Source: Oculatellaceae cyanobacterium bins.114 (lineage in GTDB: Bacteria > Cyanobacteriota > Cyanobacteriia > Elainellales > Elainellaceae). From it: a DNA stretch of 19,187 nucleotides. A program made the position numbers and the translations under genes. Below are positions 9,281 through 16,686 of this stretch, piece by piece. The notes under the pieces were generated by a model, which worked only from the letters and a program-made list of their open reading frames with translations, made no database searches and was not told the DNA's origin. The DNA is taken from positions 1 through 19,187 of the forward strand of contig JANRJA010000144.1 in NCBI GenBank assembly GCA_033764315.1, written 5' to 3'. Every line of letters starts with the position of its first letter. The stretch's first letter is position 1.

Positions 9281-9357
9281 TAAGGATAAACGATAAACGA
9301 TGAAGGATAAAAGGCAGAAGTCAGATTTTATCCTTGAGCCTTTATCCTTTATCCTTT
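9281..9357. repeat. Heptamer (AGGATAA/TTATCCT-type) short tandem repeats in inverted arrangement
   Basis: AAGGATA-AACGATA-AACGATG-AAGGATA, then after a spacer TTTATCC...TTTATCC-TTTATCC; typical cyanobacterial STRR. Confidence 0.7.
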
Positions 9358-9358
9358 C

Positions 9359-11071
9359 CTAGAACTCTAACTGCAAATTTTCCATGACACGGGAGATCGT
9401 ATCTGGATCGCCTTTAGAGTAGTAGCCTCCTGTCACCGTTGCAATTTGCTCTAACACGGCTGGGTCAAATTCACCTTCCTCACCATATCCCACCGTAAAG
9501 AACGAGATCCGTTGATCACTGCCAAAACTAGTCTGCTCTAGTTCAGCCACCAGTTGATCAAAAGGTATGGTTGACCCCGAATCGACACCATCAGTCAACA
9601 ACAACACCGCGTTAATTGCATCGGGACGCAGGTTTTGCACCAACCAGTTGCGGCTATAAATGGCAGAGTCGTACAGGGCTGTGCCCCCCTCAACTTGCAA
9701 GCTGCTGATAAATTGAAGCCCCTGATCACGTCCGGCTTGAGTGCCGTCAATTAAGATAGGGTCTCGAATCACCGAGTCAAAATCAATCAGAGCAATGCGA
9801 TCGTTGGCACCCAAACTGTTGATGTAATTCTGCAACGTATTCTGCACCGCTGGCATTTTATTGCCCGACATCGACCCAGAGGAATCTACCACCACCACGA
9901 CAAGGGAAGGCTTCTTAGCAATCTGTTCCCAGGCTTGAATCATTGCCTCAGTGACAGCAGGTTCAGGCGGACGGTAAGAGTCATACCGTGCCTGCGGATC
10001 AACCCCAAACTCCGCGCTAAATTTTGCCCCCAGGGGAACACCCGGCACACCGGGTCGCAAGCCCAAACTAGTCGCAATCTGCTGTGTCTCTGGCGTTTGC
10101 AAAAAGGCGAGAACCTGTTCTGCGGCTGCGCGTTCGTTATCACTCACCCACGGTGCCGCGGGCAAAATCGCTCGCATATTGGATGAAAAAGTCGCCTTGG
10201 GGTAAATCGCCTCATAGCGTTGCTGCCCTGGTTGCAAACTACTATTTGCCGCAATCACCGAAGACTCATAGACAGAACCCACCGACGCCCAAAATGGACC
10301 ATTCTGCACCATTGCCTGGGCTAATGAATTGGTGGAAACGCCATAGCGTGTAATTTTTTGCTGAATGGCTTTAATTTCATCGGTATATTGACTCACATCT
10401 GCTGCGGTCAACTGCTCAGGACGCTTACCCGAAACCGCCGCAAACTGAGACACTAACGTTTGCAAACCAGAATTAGAGCGGGTTGGAGCAGTCTGCACAT
10501 AGTGAATCGTCAACGCTGGGCTAGCTGTATCCAGGTCTTGATGAGTTTTAGCCGTGACTAATGCCTTAAACAGGTCATCCACTTTGCGTAGACCGGGAGC
10601 AATATCGGATTGCGCCATAAACACCATTGGGCTGGTCGCTAACAGGGGTGCATCCGTGATTTGAGGAATATAGTTTTGCCCTGGAAAAAGCTGCTCCATT
10701 CGAGCCAGCAGCAAGCTGTGATAAATCTCTCCATCCACTGAGAGCAATGTGGGAAATGCGGGGTCTTCAGCAGAGAGGGTGCCCGCTTTGAGTTGCTCCG
10801 CCAGGGATATCGTTCTCGTTACGACATCGCCACTGCCAACTGCCTCACAGGTAATGTGGAACTGCTCCCCATTTTCTAACTTGGGTTGCTGTTGATTAAA
10901 TTGATTGGCAGATTGCTCACAAAAGTCACCCAGGGCACTGCCAACCAACAGTTTGACTTCAAATCCGGGGAGGTTGCTGCCGCCATTATCGCCCCCACAG
11001 GCGTTGAGCAAAACAACTAGACTGAATGCTGTAAACAGACAAGCGAGAAACCGTCGTAGCCTAAAAATCAT
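9359..11071 (-). CDS. Lipoprotein with class-II solute-binding domain fused to a C-terminal von Willebrand factor A (vWA) domain
   Basis: Lipobox LNAC after a signal peptide; SBP motifs GSGD, TAPTRSNSG, VYES, LGLRPG; vWA MIDAS residues VVDSSGSM, GGTALYD, LLTDG and FTVGYG. Confidence 0.9.
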   Translation of the reverse strand: MIFRLRRFLACLFTAFSLVVLLNACGGDNGGSNLPGFEVKLLVGSALGDFCEQSANQFNQQQPKLENGEQFHITCEAVGSGDVVTRTISLAEQLKAGTLSAEDPAFPTLLSVDGEIYHSLLLARMEQLFPGQNYIPQITDAPLLATSPMVFMAQSDIAPGLRKVDDLFKALVTAKTHQDLDTASPALTIHYVQTAPTRSNSGLQTLVSQFAAVSGKRPEQLTAADVSQYTDEIKAIQQKITRYGVSTNSLAQAMVQNGPFWASVGSVYESSVIAANSSLQPGQQRYEAIYPKATFSSNMRAILPAAPWVSDNERAAAEQVLAFLQTPETQQIATSLGLRPGVPGVPLGAKFSAEFGVDPQARYDSYRPPEPAVTEAMIQAWEQIAKKPSLVVVVVDSSGSMSGNKMPAVQNTLQNYINSLGANDRIALIDFDSVIRDPILIDGTQAGRDQGLQFISSLQVEGGTALYDSAIYSRNWLVQNLRPDAINAVLLLTDGVDSGSTIPFDQLVAELEQTSFGSDQRISFFTVGYGEEGEFDPAVLEQIATVTGGYYSKGDPDTISRVMENLQLEF

Positions 11072-11366
11072 AGTGGGTTGTGGTGGTGATCTAAAATCAG
11101 ACGTTTTTTCTGAATTTGGGAGAGAGGATGGGTTGACGTGAGGTGATGCAAAGCATTTCTCTGTCTGAGATCCAACGTCTGTTGGTTTTTATAATTGACC
11201 CTGTTGATCCTGCTTTCAAGCTAGCTCAAAACCATTAAGGCGGCGTTAACCTTGACAGAACTGACCTGGTTGAGAACGTTGGGTGAGAGCTTTGAGATAG
11301 TACTGCGATCGCCTGTTCTCCCCTATAATTCCAAACTGTCCAAGGCCGATTTCGGACTGGCTTATC

Positions 11367-11569
11367 TCTGCTCTTAATCAATTCTGCTCTTAATCAATCA
11401 GCACAAATCAGCCGATTGGAAAAATTCACAGAAGCGATCGCCCATCCATTGCAGCGGCAGTAGCTGCTGATCCAAATCTCTATTACAGTTTTAATAAAAT
11501 TACAGTCTTAATCAAAGTCTCAACAAGTCTCAACTGTTTTGAAGCGTTATATATTTGAAGCGTTATATA
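11367..11569. repeat. Cluster of four separate short tandem duplications
   Basis: TCTGCTCTTAATCAAT x2 (11367-11398), ATTACAGT(T/C)TTAAT(A/C)AA x2 (11482-11515), AAGTCTCAAC x2 (11515-11534), TTTGAAGCGTTATATA x2 (11538-11569). Confidence 0.85.
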
Positions 11570-11670
11570 GCAGTCCTAAATCATATGTGAGATTGGGGAG
11601 TTTTAAGCAACGCACCTCAATAGGGTGGACTTTAGGGTCTGCTTCTGACAACCCATTTGGGATTGCTATA
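11566..11670. mobile_element. MITE with TA-flanked terminal inverted repeats (IS630-like ends)
   Basis: TATAGCAGTCCTAAAT (11566-11581) matches the reverse complement of ATTTGGGATTGCTATA (11655-11670) at 14/16; TA at both ends; no coding capacity. Confidence 0.7.
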
Positions 11671-11781
11671 CTTCATCAACAGCGTCTAAAAAATTCACAA
11701 CAATATTTTAATTTTAAGTTTTCTTTATGACTAAATTAAACACTGACCTACTCACCCATTCAATCTTTTGAAACAAATTTT

Positions 11782-11848
11782 GTTAATGAATTGCTAATAG
11801 TTACTTATTCAATACTTAACTCTTTTAGTAGAACCTCCCTCCTAAGAT
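11782..11848 (+). promoter_or_regulatory. Candidate Pho box (SphR/PhoB-type 8+3 direct repeats) with -10 element
   Basis: GTTAATGA (11782), GCTAATAG (11793), CTTATTCA (11804) and CTTAACTC (11815) occur at exact 11-bp period and resemble PyTTAAPyPy(T/A); TAAGAT at 11843-11848; RBS GGAGG at 11867-11871. Confidence 0.5.
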
Positions 11849-11875
11849 ACTGGCATCATCGAATACGGAGGATTT

Positions 11876-13099
11876 ATGACACGGTATCATGACGACGCTG
11901 AACGGCATATTGCTAAACTCACAGCTTCTTTGTTGAGACGGCGGAGTTTTCTTAAGTGGTGTGCAGCGTTTGGCACGGGTACTTTGATTACCCAAGTCGC
12001 TTCTTGTGCCCAACCCACCTCCACCAACGCCGACGGTGGTGCAAGTCCTGCGGCTAGCGAGAGTGCTGCTGCAACGGGTGAATTGCCTATCACTATTCCC
12101 TTAGAAGAATTAGCTGCCAAAGCCAAAGAAGAAGGTGAGTTGCGGGCCTATGGCATGCCTCCTGGCTGGGCCAACTGGGAAGGCTGTTTTGCCATGCTAG
12201 AGGAAATGTATGGCGTTAAAGCCACTTACGAACCAGAAGGCGGTTTGTCTTCAGCCGAAGAAATTCAGAAGTTTTTAGCAGAAGTCAACAATCCCATTGG
12301 CGACATCGCCGATGTAGGGATTTTATTTGGCCCTGAAGCCAAATCTAAAGGTGCAACGGCGGCTTATAAAGTGTCTCGTTGGGCAGATATTCCTGACAAT
12401 CTCAAAGATCCTGATGGTCATTGGGCATCTAACTATGGTGGTGTGTTAGCGTTTGCGATCAACCCTGACAAAGCGGGTTCTGTGCCTAAGTCATGGGCTG
12501 AGTTGCGCGCAGGTAGCTTTGCTAACATGGTGGCCATTAATGGCGACCCTCGTCAGTCAAACAGTGCTCTGTTAGCCGTCATCGCCGCTGCTTATGGCAA
12601 CGGTGGCAGCATCGATGACATTGAGAAGGGCGTTGATTTGTTTGCTGAGTTAAAGCAAAAGGGCAGCTTTACTCCAGCTAAAGCAGATACGGCTGGATTG
12701 CAATCGGGTGAAGTGGGCATTGCCATTAAGCCTGACTTTTTGGCATTAACCGATCGCGACACGTTTGCAGGTAATCCGGCGATCGATGTGGTGATTCCTA
12801 CCGATGGTGCAGTTGCGACCAACTACGCTCAGATCATCAACAAAGTCGCTCCTCACCCTTACGCGGCTCGGTTGTTCCAAGAGTTTATCTTCTCTGATGA
12901 AGGACAATTGGCAATGCTCAAGGGCTATGTGCGCCCCACGCTGATTGACAAGTTGACCATTCCCGATGACCTGAAGGCAAAATTGCCTGATCCGGCTCAA
13001 TACGCCAATGTGATCCCAGCTATCACAGACACGGTGAAGTTAGAGGCAGCAAAGGCGATCGTCACTGAACAGTGGGGCCCCAAGGTCTTAGGGCAATAG
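11876..13099 (+). CDS. ABC transporter substrate-binding protein (PotD/AfuA/PhnS-like class II), Tat-exported lipoprotein
   Basis: Twin-arginine motif RRRSFLK, lipobox-like VASC, Ala-rich linker, motifs GMPPGWANW, PKSWAEL, GDPRQS and 'APHPYAARLFQEFIFSDEGQ'; good RBS. Confidence 0.9.
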   Translation: MTRYHDDAERHIAKLTASLLRRRSFLKWCAAFGTGTLITQVASCAQPTSTNADGGASPAASESAAATGELPITIPLEELAAKAKEEGELRAYGMPPGWANWEGCFAMLEEMYGVKATYEPEGGLSSAEEIQKFLAEVNNPIGDIADVGILFGPEAKSKGATAAYKVSRWADIPDNLKDPDGHWASNYGGVLAFAINPDKAGSVPKSWAELRAGSFANMVAINGDPRQSNSALLAVIAAAYGNGGSIDDIEKGVDLFAELKQKGSFTPAKADTAGLQSGEVGIAIKPDFLALTDRDTFAGNPAIDVVIPTDGAVATNYAQIINKVAPHPYAARLFQEFIFSDEGQLAMLKGYVRPTLIDKLTIPDDLKAKLPDPAQYANVIPAITDTVKLEAAKAIVTEQWGPKVLGQ

Positions 13100-13115
13100 A
13101 GACTGAGTTAGAGAT

Positions 13116-13187
13116 AAGGATGAAGGATGAAGGCTAAAGGCTGAAAGTAAACGACAAATTCCTTTTTATCCTTTAGTGTTCATCCTT
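13116..13187. repeat. Heptamer (AAGGATG-type) tandem repeats with an inverted partner
   Basis: AAGGATG-AAGGATG-AAGGCTA-AAGGCTG followed by TTTATCCTT and TTCATCCTT; same family as 9281-9357. Confidence 0.65.
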
Positions 13188-13197
13188 TTCTCTACTG

Positions 13198-13296
13198 GGC
13201 GTTGCTGATCAAATGTATGAATTTCGTAAGGTCGTTTCGCGAAACGCCCCTGCTGTCAGAATCAACGTCTGTGAATCATACCTGTATTCAGCAACG
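13198..13296. mobile_element. MITE-like element with an internal REP-like palindrome
   Basis: CGTTGCTGATCAAATGTATGA (13200-13220) matches the reverse complement of TCATACCTGTATTCAGCAACG (13276-13296) at 17/21; internal palindrome CGTTTCGCGAAACG (13233-13246). Confidence 0.65.
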
Positions 13297-13370
13297 TACA
13301 GACGCGATTGCTCGCTCCCATTCATCCACCCCCGTACAGACGCGATTAATCGCATCTCTCCCATTCATCC
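13295..13370. repeat. Two direct copies of a REP-like unit
   Basis: CGTACAGACGCGATT at 13295-13309 and 13333-13347, each followed by CCATTCATCC; the second copy forms the imperfect palindrome AGACGCGATTAATCGCATCT. Confidence 0.65.
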
Positions 13371-13385
13371 CCTCATTCATCCACT

Positions 13386-14261
13386 ATGACCCTTGCCCTT
13401 AAACAAACACCATCCTTCTGGGTGCGCTATCCCTGGGTTTCGACCGCGCTGGGGTTAGCCCCGATGGCGATCGGGCTGCTGGGGTTCTTAGTTTTACCTA
13501 TCGTGTTGATGGTGGTTAGCTCTTTTCAAACCGAGCAGGGATTTTCCTTTGCTAACTATGCAGGCACGATTCGTGGAGAATATCTGCGAGCCTTTTTGGT
13601 GACGATGGAGATTTCTCTCATCACCGCTATTTTGGGTGGAGTCTTAGGGACACTAACGGCGATCGCCCTAGCTTGGGAACCGTTCCAATCCACCAGTTTT
13701 TTGCTCACGTTAGGCAGTGTTGCCGCCAACTGGGGTGGTGTACCTTTAGCATTTGCCATGATTGCCACCGTTGGTAACTCTGGTTGGATCACAGAAGTCT
13801 TGCGGGCGATCGGGTTAGATCTCTATCGTCAAGGGTTTAGCGTCTACGGCAATATTGGGCTGATTTTGACCTACACCTACTTTCAGTGGCCACTGATGTT
13901 GTTGCTGATGTTGCCTGCGGTGCAGCGATTTCGGCAACAGTGGCGAGAAGCCGCCGAGAGCTTAGGGGCAACCCGCTGGCAATTTTGGCAGTGGGTCGGC
14001 ATTCCTATTTTGTTGCCATCGATGATTGGTGGAGTGGCATTACTCTTTGCCAACGCCTTTGGTGCACAAGCCACTGCCTTTGCTCTGGCAGGGGGTGCCC
14101 TCAACCTGATCTCCATTAAAATCACCTTTTTGGTCAAAGGACAAACTGATTTCAACCCCGGTTTGGCCAATGCTCTCGCCGTTGAAATGACCCTTGTATT
14201 GGCGATCGCCGTTGTGATTTATCAAATTACTAACCAACGTGCTCGTCGATGGATGAAGTAG
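13386..14261 (+). CDS. ABC transporter permease (PotB-like)
   Basis: About six TM helices and EAA loop 'WREAAESLGATRWQFWQWVGIP'. Confidence 0.92.
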   Translation: MTLALKQTPSFWVRYPWVSTALGLAPMAIGLLGFLVLPIVLMVVSSFQTEQGFSFANYAGTIRGEYLRAFLVTMEISLITAILGGVLGTLTAIALAWEPFQSTSFLLTLGSVAANWGGVPLAFAMIATVGNSGWITEVLRAIGLDLYRQGFSVYGNIGLILTYTYFQWPLMLLLMLPAVQRFRQQWREAAESLGATRWQFWQWVGIPILLPSMIGGVALLFANAFGAQATAFALAGGALNLISIKITFLVKGQTDFNPGLANALAVEMTLVLAIAVVIYQITNQRARRWMK

Positions 14262-14358
14262 TTAATTGCCGTTGGTCAATCGCCAATCATTAATGGTTAT
14301 ACGGGATGACGGTAGATGGGTCACAACACAACCACTTATCCACCCTTTACCCTTTCAT

Positions 14359-14442
14359 TCAAAACTCAAAACTCAAAACTCAAAACTCAAAACTTAAAAC
14401 TTAAAACTTAAAACTCAAAACTCAAAACTTAAAACTCAAAAC
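14359..14442 (+). repeat. Heptamer tandem repeat T(C/T)AAAAC x12
   Basis: Twelve contiguous units: 5x TCAAAAC, 3x TTAAAAC, 2x TCAAAAC, 1x TTAAAAC, 1x TCAAAAC. Confidence 0.95.
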
Positions 14443-14463
14443 TCCCCTACCCTCCCCCATCCC

Positions 14464-15279
14464 ATGTCCATCGCTGCCCCTAACGCCCCAACTCAAGTGC
14501 GATCGCCCGACACCGCTCAGACGAGAGCCTGGATTTGGCAATTTCTCATCTTGTTTGGGTTGATGGCATACATCTTCATGCCCATCATTGGTCTGTTGCG
14601 GTTCAGCACTCGTGCTGCTAATGGCATCACCTTTAAGTACTACATTGATGCCTTCTCAGACCCCTCATTCTATGAGTTTTTGGGTAACTCCTTAATCGCT
14701 GCCCTGTGGACGATTGTCATCACGTTGACCCTGACCACTTTTACGCTCTATTGGGCATATCTCAAAGCCCGCTGGCTGTTACCGCTGCTAGAGATGTTGT
14801 CGCTGTTGCCCTTTGTTGTGCCCGCTGTCACTCTGGGGATTGGACTCATTCAAGTCTTTACCACTCCCCCTTTAGCACTCACTGGAACTTCATACTTGTT
14901 AGTGGGGGCATACACTGTCGTAACGCTGCCCTTTGCCTATCGAGCGATCGAAAATAGTTTGCAAGGTGCTAACGTCTTAACCCTAACCGAAGCCGCTGAG
15001 AGCTTAGGTGCAAACTGGTGGCGCATTTTCTTGGAAATCATTTTGCCCTGCGTTTGGTCAGGGGTGATTAGCGGTGGCTTACTCGTGCTGTCCTTTGTCT
15101 TAGGCGAGTTCACCCTGGCACTCTTCCTCGTTGGCTCTTCCTTTCAAACCTTTCCTCTCTATATCCAACAGCTTTATTCCTATCAGCCACAATACTCGGT
15201 GGTCATGTCGCTACTGTCGTTTGTCAGCACCTGGCTGGTAGCATGGCTCCTAGTTGTGTTCACGAGTCGTAAGCAGTAG
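14464..15279 (+). CDS. ABC transporter permease (PotC-like)
   Basis: TM helices, 'LPFVVPAV', EAA loop 'LTEAAESLGANWWRIFLEIILP', 'GEF' and 'TFPLYI' motifs. Confidence 0.92.
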   Translation: MSIAAPNAPTQVRSPDTAQTRAWIWQFLILFGLMAYIFMPIIGLLRFSTRAANGITFKYYIDAFSDPSFYEFLGNSLIAALWTIVITLTLTTFTLYWAYLKARWLLPLLEMLSLLPFVVPAVTLGIGLIQVFTTPPLALTGTSYLLVGAYTVVTLPFAYRAIENSLQGANVLTLTEAAESLGANWWRIFLEIILPCVWSGVISGGLLVLSFVLGEFTLALFLVGSSFQTFPLYIQQLYSYQPQYSVVMSLLSFVSTWLVAWLLVVFTSRKQ

Positions 15280-15320
15280 AGAACAGTCATTGCCTTTCTG
15301 GTTTAGCCTGTGCTGGGTTT

Positions 15321-15399
15321 GATCCTCCCTAACCCTCTTTAAAAAGGAGGGGATCGGAGTGGAAGTCTCACTTCTTTTGAAGGGGATTTTTGGGGGATC
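15321..15399. repeat. Degenerate palindromic dispersed repeat
   Basis: Begins GATCCTCCCTAACCCTCTTTAAAAAGGAGG and ends CTTCTTTTGAAGGGGATTTTTGGGGGATC; the ends are imperfectly complementary and each half is a hairpin, like the common cyanobacterial CCCCCTTAAAAAGGGGG repeats. Confidence 0.5.
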
Positions 15400-15522
15400 G
15401 AAAACTTACGTTTATCAATTCAACGCTTAGCCCTTTAAGAACAACCCCTCTTTCTTTTTTTCTTCTTTCTTCTTTTTCCTTCTTTCTTTTTTCTCCCTTA
15501 TCCTTCATCCTTTCCCCCTGCC

Positions 15523-16680
15523 ATGTCTTATCTGCAACTCAATCACCTCTTTAAAGCCTACGGTTCTGTTATGGCGGTGCAAGATGTCAACTTGCAGATT
15601 CAGCCAGGGGAATTGATTTCACTCTTGGGTCCATCGGGCTGTGGCAAAACGACTATTTTGCGGATGATTGCCGGATTTGAGCGAACGACGGCTGGCAATA
15701 TTCAACTTGAAGGTCAAGACATCACCCACATTCCTGCCAATCGTCGTGATATGGGCATGGTGTTTCAGTCCTACAGCCTGTTTCCCCATATGACTGCCAG
15801 CCAAAATATTGCCTTTGGCTTGCGTGTCAAGAAGATGCCAAAAGCGCAACAACGGAGTCGAGTTCATGAGATGTTGGAACTAGTCGGCTTAGGAGAAATG
15901 GGCGATCGCTACCCTCATCAACTCTCTGGCGGACAGCAACAACGCATTGCCCTTGCCCGTGCCTTGGCGATCGCTCCCCGTGTGTTGTTGCTTGATGAAC
16001 CCCTCTCCGCATTGGATGCCAAAGTGCGGTTACAACTGCGAAATGAAATTCGCCGCATCCAACAGCAGTTAAATATTACGACTCTATTCGTCACCCACGA
16101 CCAAGAAGAAGCACTGTCGATTTCCGATCGCGTGATTGTCATGGCGCAGGGACGAATTGACCAAGAAGGCACCCCCGAAGAAATCTACCTCACCCCCAAC
16201 ACTGCCTTTACAGCCTCCTTTATTGGTGCCATGAACCAAATTCCGGGCGTGTGGGAAAATCACAAAGTCCGAGTCGCCACCCATCCCGACAACACCATTC
16301 CCAATGAGTTTCTGCAAACTCAGCCTACTGAGCTAGTGAATGGGTCAGAGGTCATCGTTTTGGTGCGCCCTGAAAGTATCACAATCATGTCAGCAGATGC
16401 CCCTGTAGCCTCTAACACCAATCGGTTAAGTGGGTTGATCACGAGTCGCGTTTTTCTCGGATCGGTGGTGCGACTCTCAGTATTGGTCGGTGAGTTCTAT
16501 CTCAATGTCGATGTGCCTACCAATGAGGCAGAAGACTTTAGCTCTGGGCAACTCGTGGAATTGAGTTTTCCAGCAGACCAGTGCCGCGTGTTAGCCATTA
16601 CCCCACTAGGAGATCTGCCTCGCAACACCCCTCGTGCTGACCAAACAACTCGCCACATCGACTCCTCTACGATCGCCTAA
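15523..16680 (+). CDS. ABC transporter ATP-binding protein (PotA/FbpC-like, C-terminal TOBE domain)
   Basis: Walker A GPSGCGKT, Q-loop VFQSY, signature LSGGQQQR, Walker B LLLDEP, H-loop VTHDQEEA, TOBE-like 'VRPE...FLGS'. Confidence 0.96.
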   Translation: MSYLQLNHLFKAYGSVMAVQDVNLQIQPGELISLLGPSGCGKTTILRMIAGFERTTAGNIQLEGQDITHIPANRRDMGMVFQSYSLFPHMTASQNIAFGLRVKKMPKAQQRSRVHEMLELVGLGEMGDRYPHQLSGGQQQRIALARALAIAPRVLLLDEPLSALDAKVRLQLRNEIRRIQQQLNITTLFVTHDQEEALSISDRVIVMAQGRIDQEGTPEEIYLTPNTAFTASFIGAMNQIPGVWENHKVRVATHPDNTIPNEFLQTQPTELVNGSEVIVLVRPESITIMSADAPVASNTNRLSGLITSRVFLGSVVRLSVLVGEFYLNVDVPTNEAEDFSSGQLVELSFPADQCRVLAITPLGDLPRNTPRADQTTRHIDSSTIA

Positions 16681-16686
16681 AAAGCT

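Noticed and set aside
11234..11252. Second Pho-like pair (ATTAAGGC / GTTAACCT, 11-bp spacing) upstream of the SBP-vWA gene
   Set aside because: Only two half-sites, one of them poor, and no third in phase.
11367..11569. Possible CRISPR array
   Set aside because: The repeats are different adjacent doublets with no unique spacers and no cas genes.
13202..13402. 66-aa ORF between SBP and permease (likewise 11539-11730)
   Set aside because: Made largely of MITE/REP repeat sequence, with non-ATG starts and no RBS.
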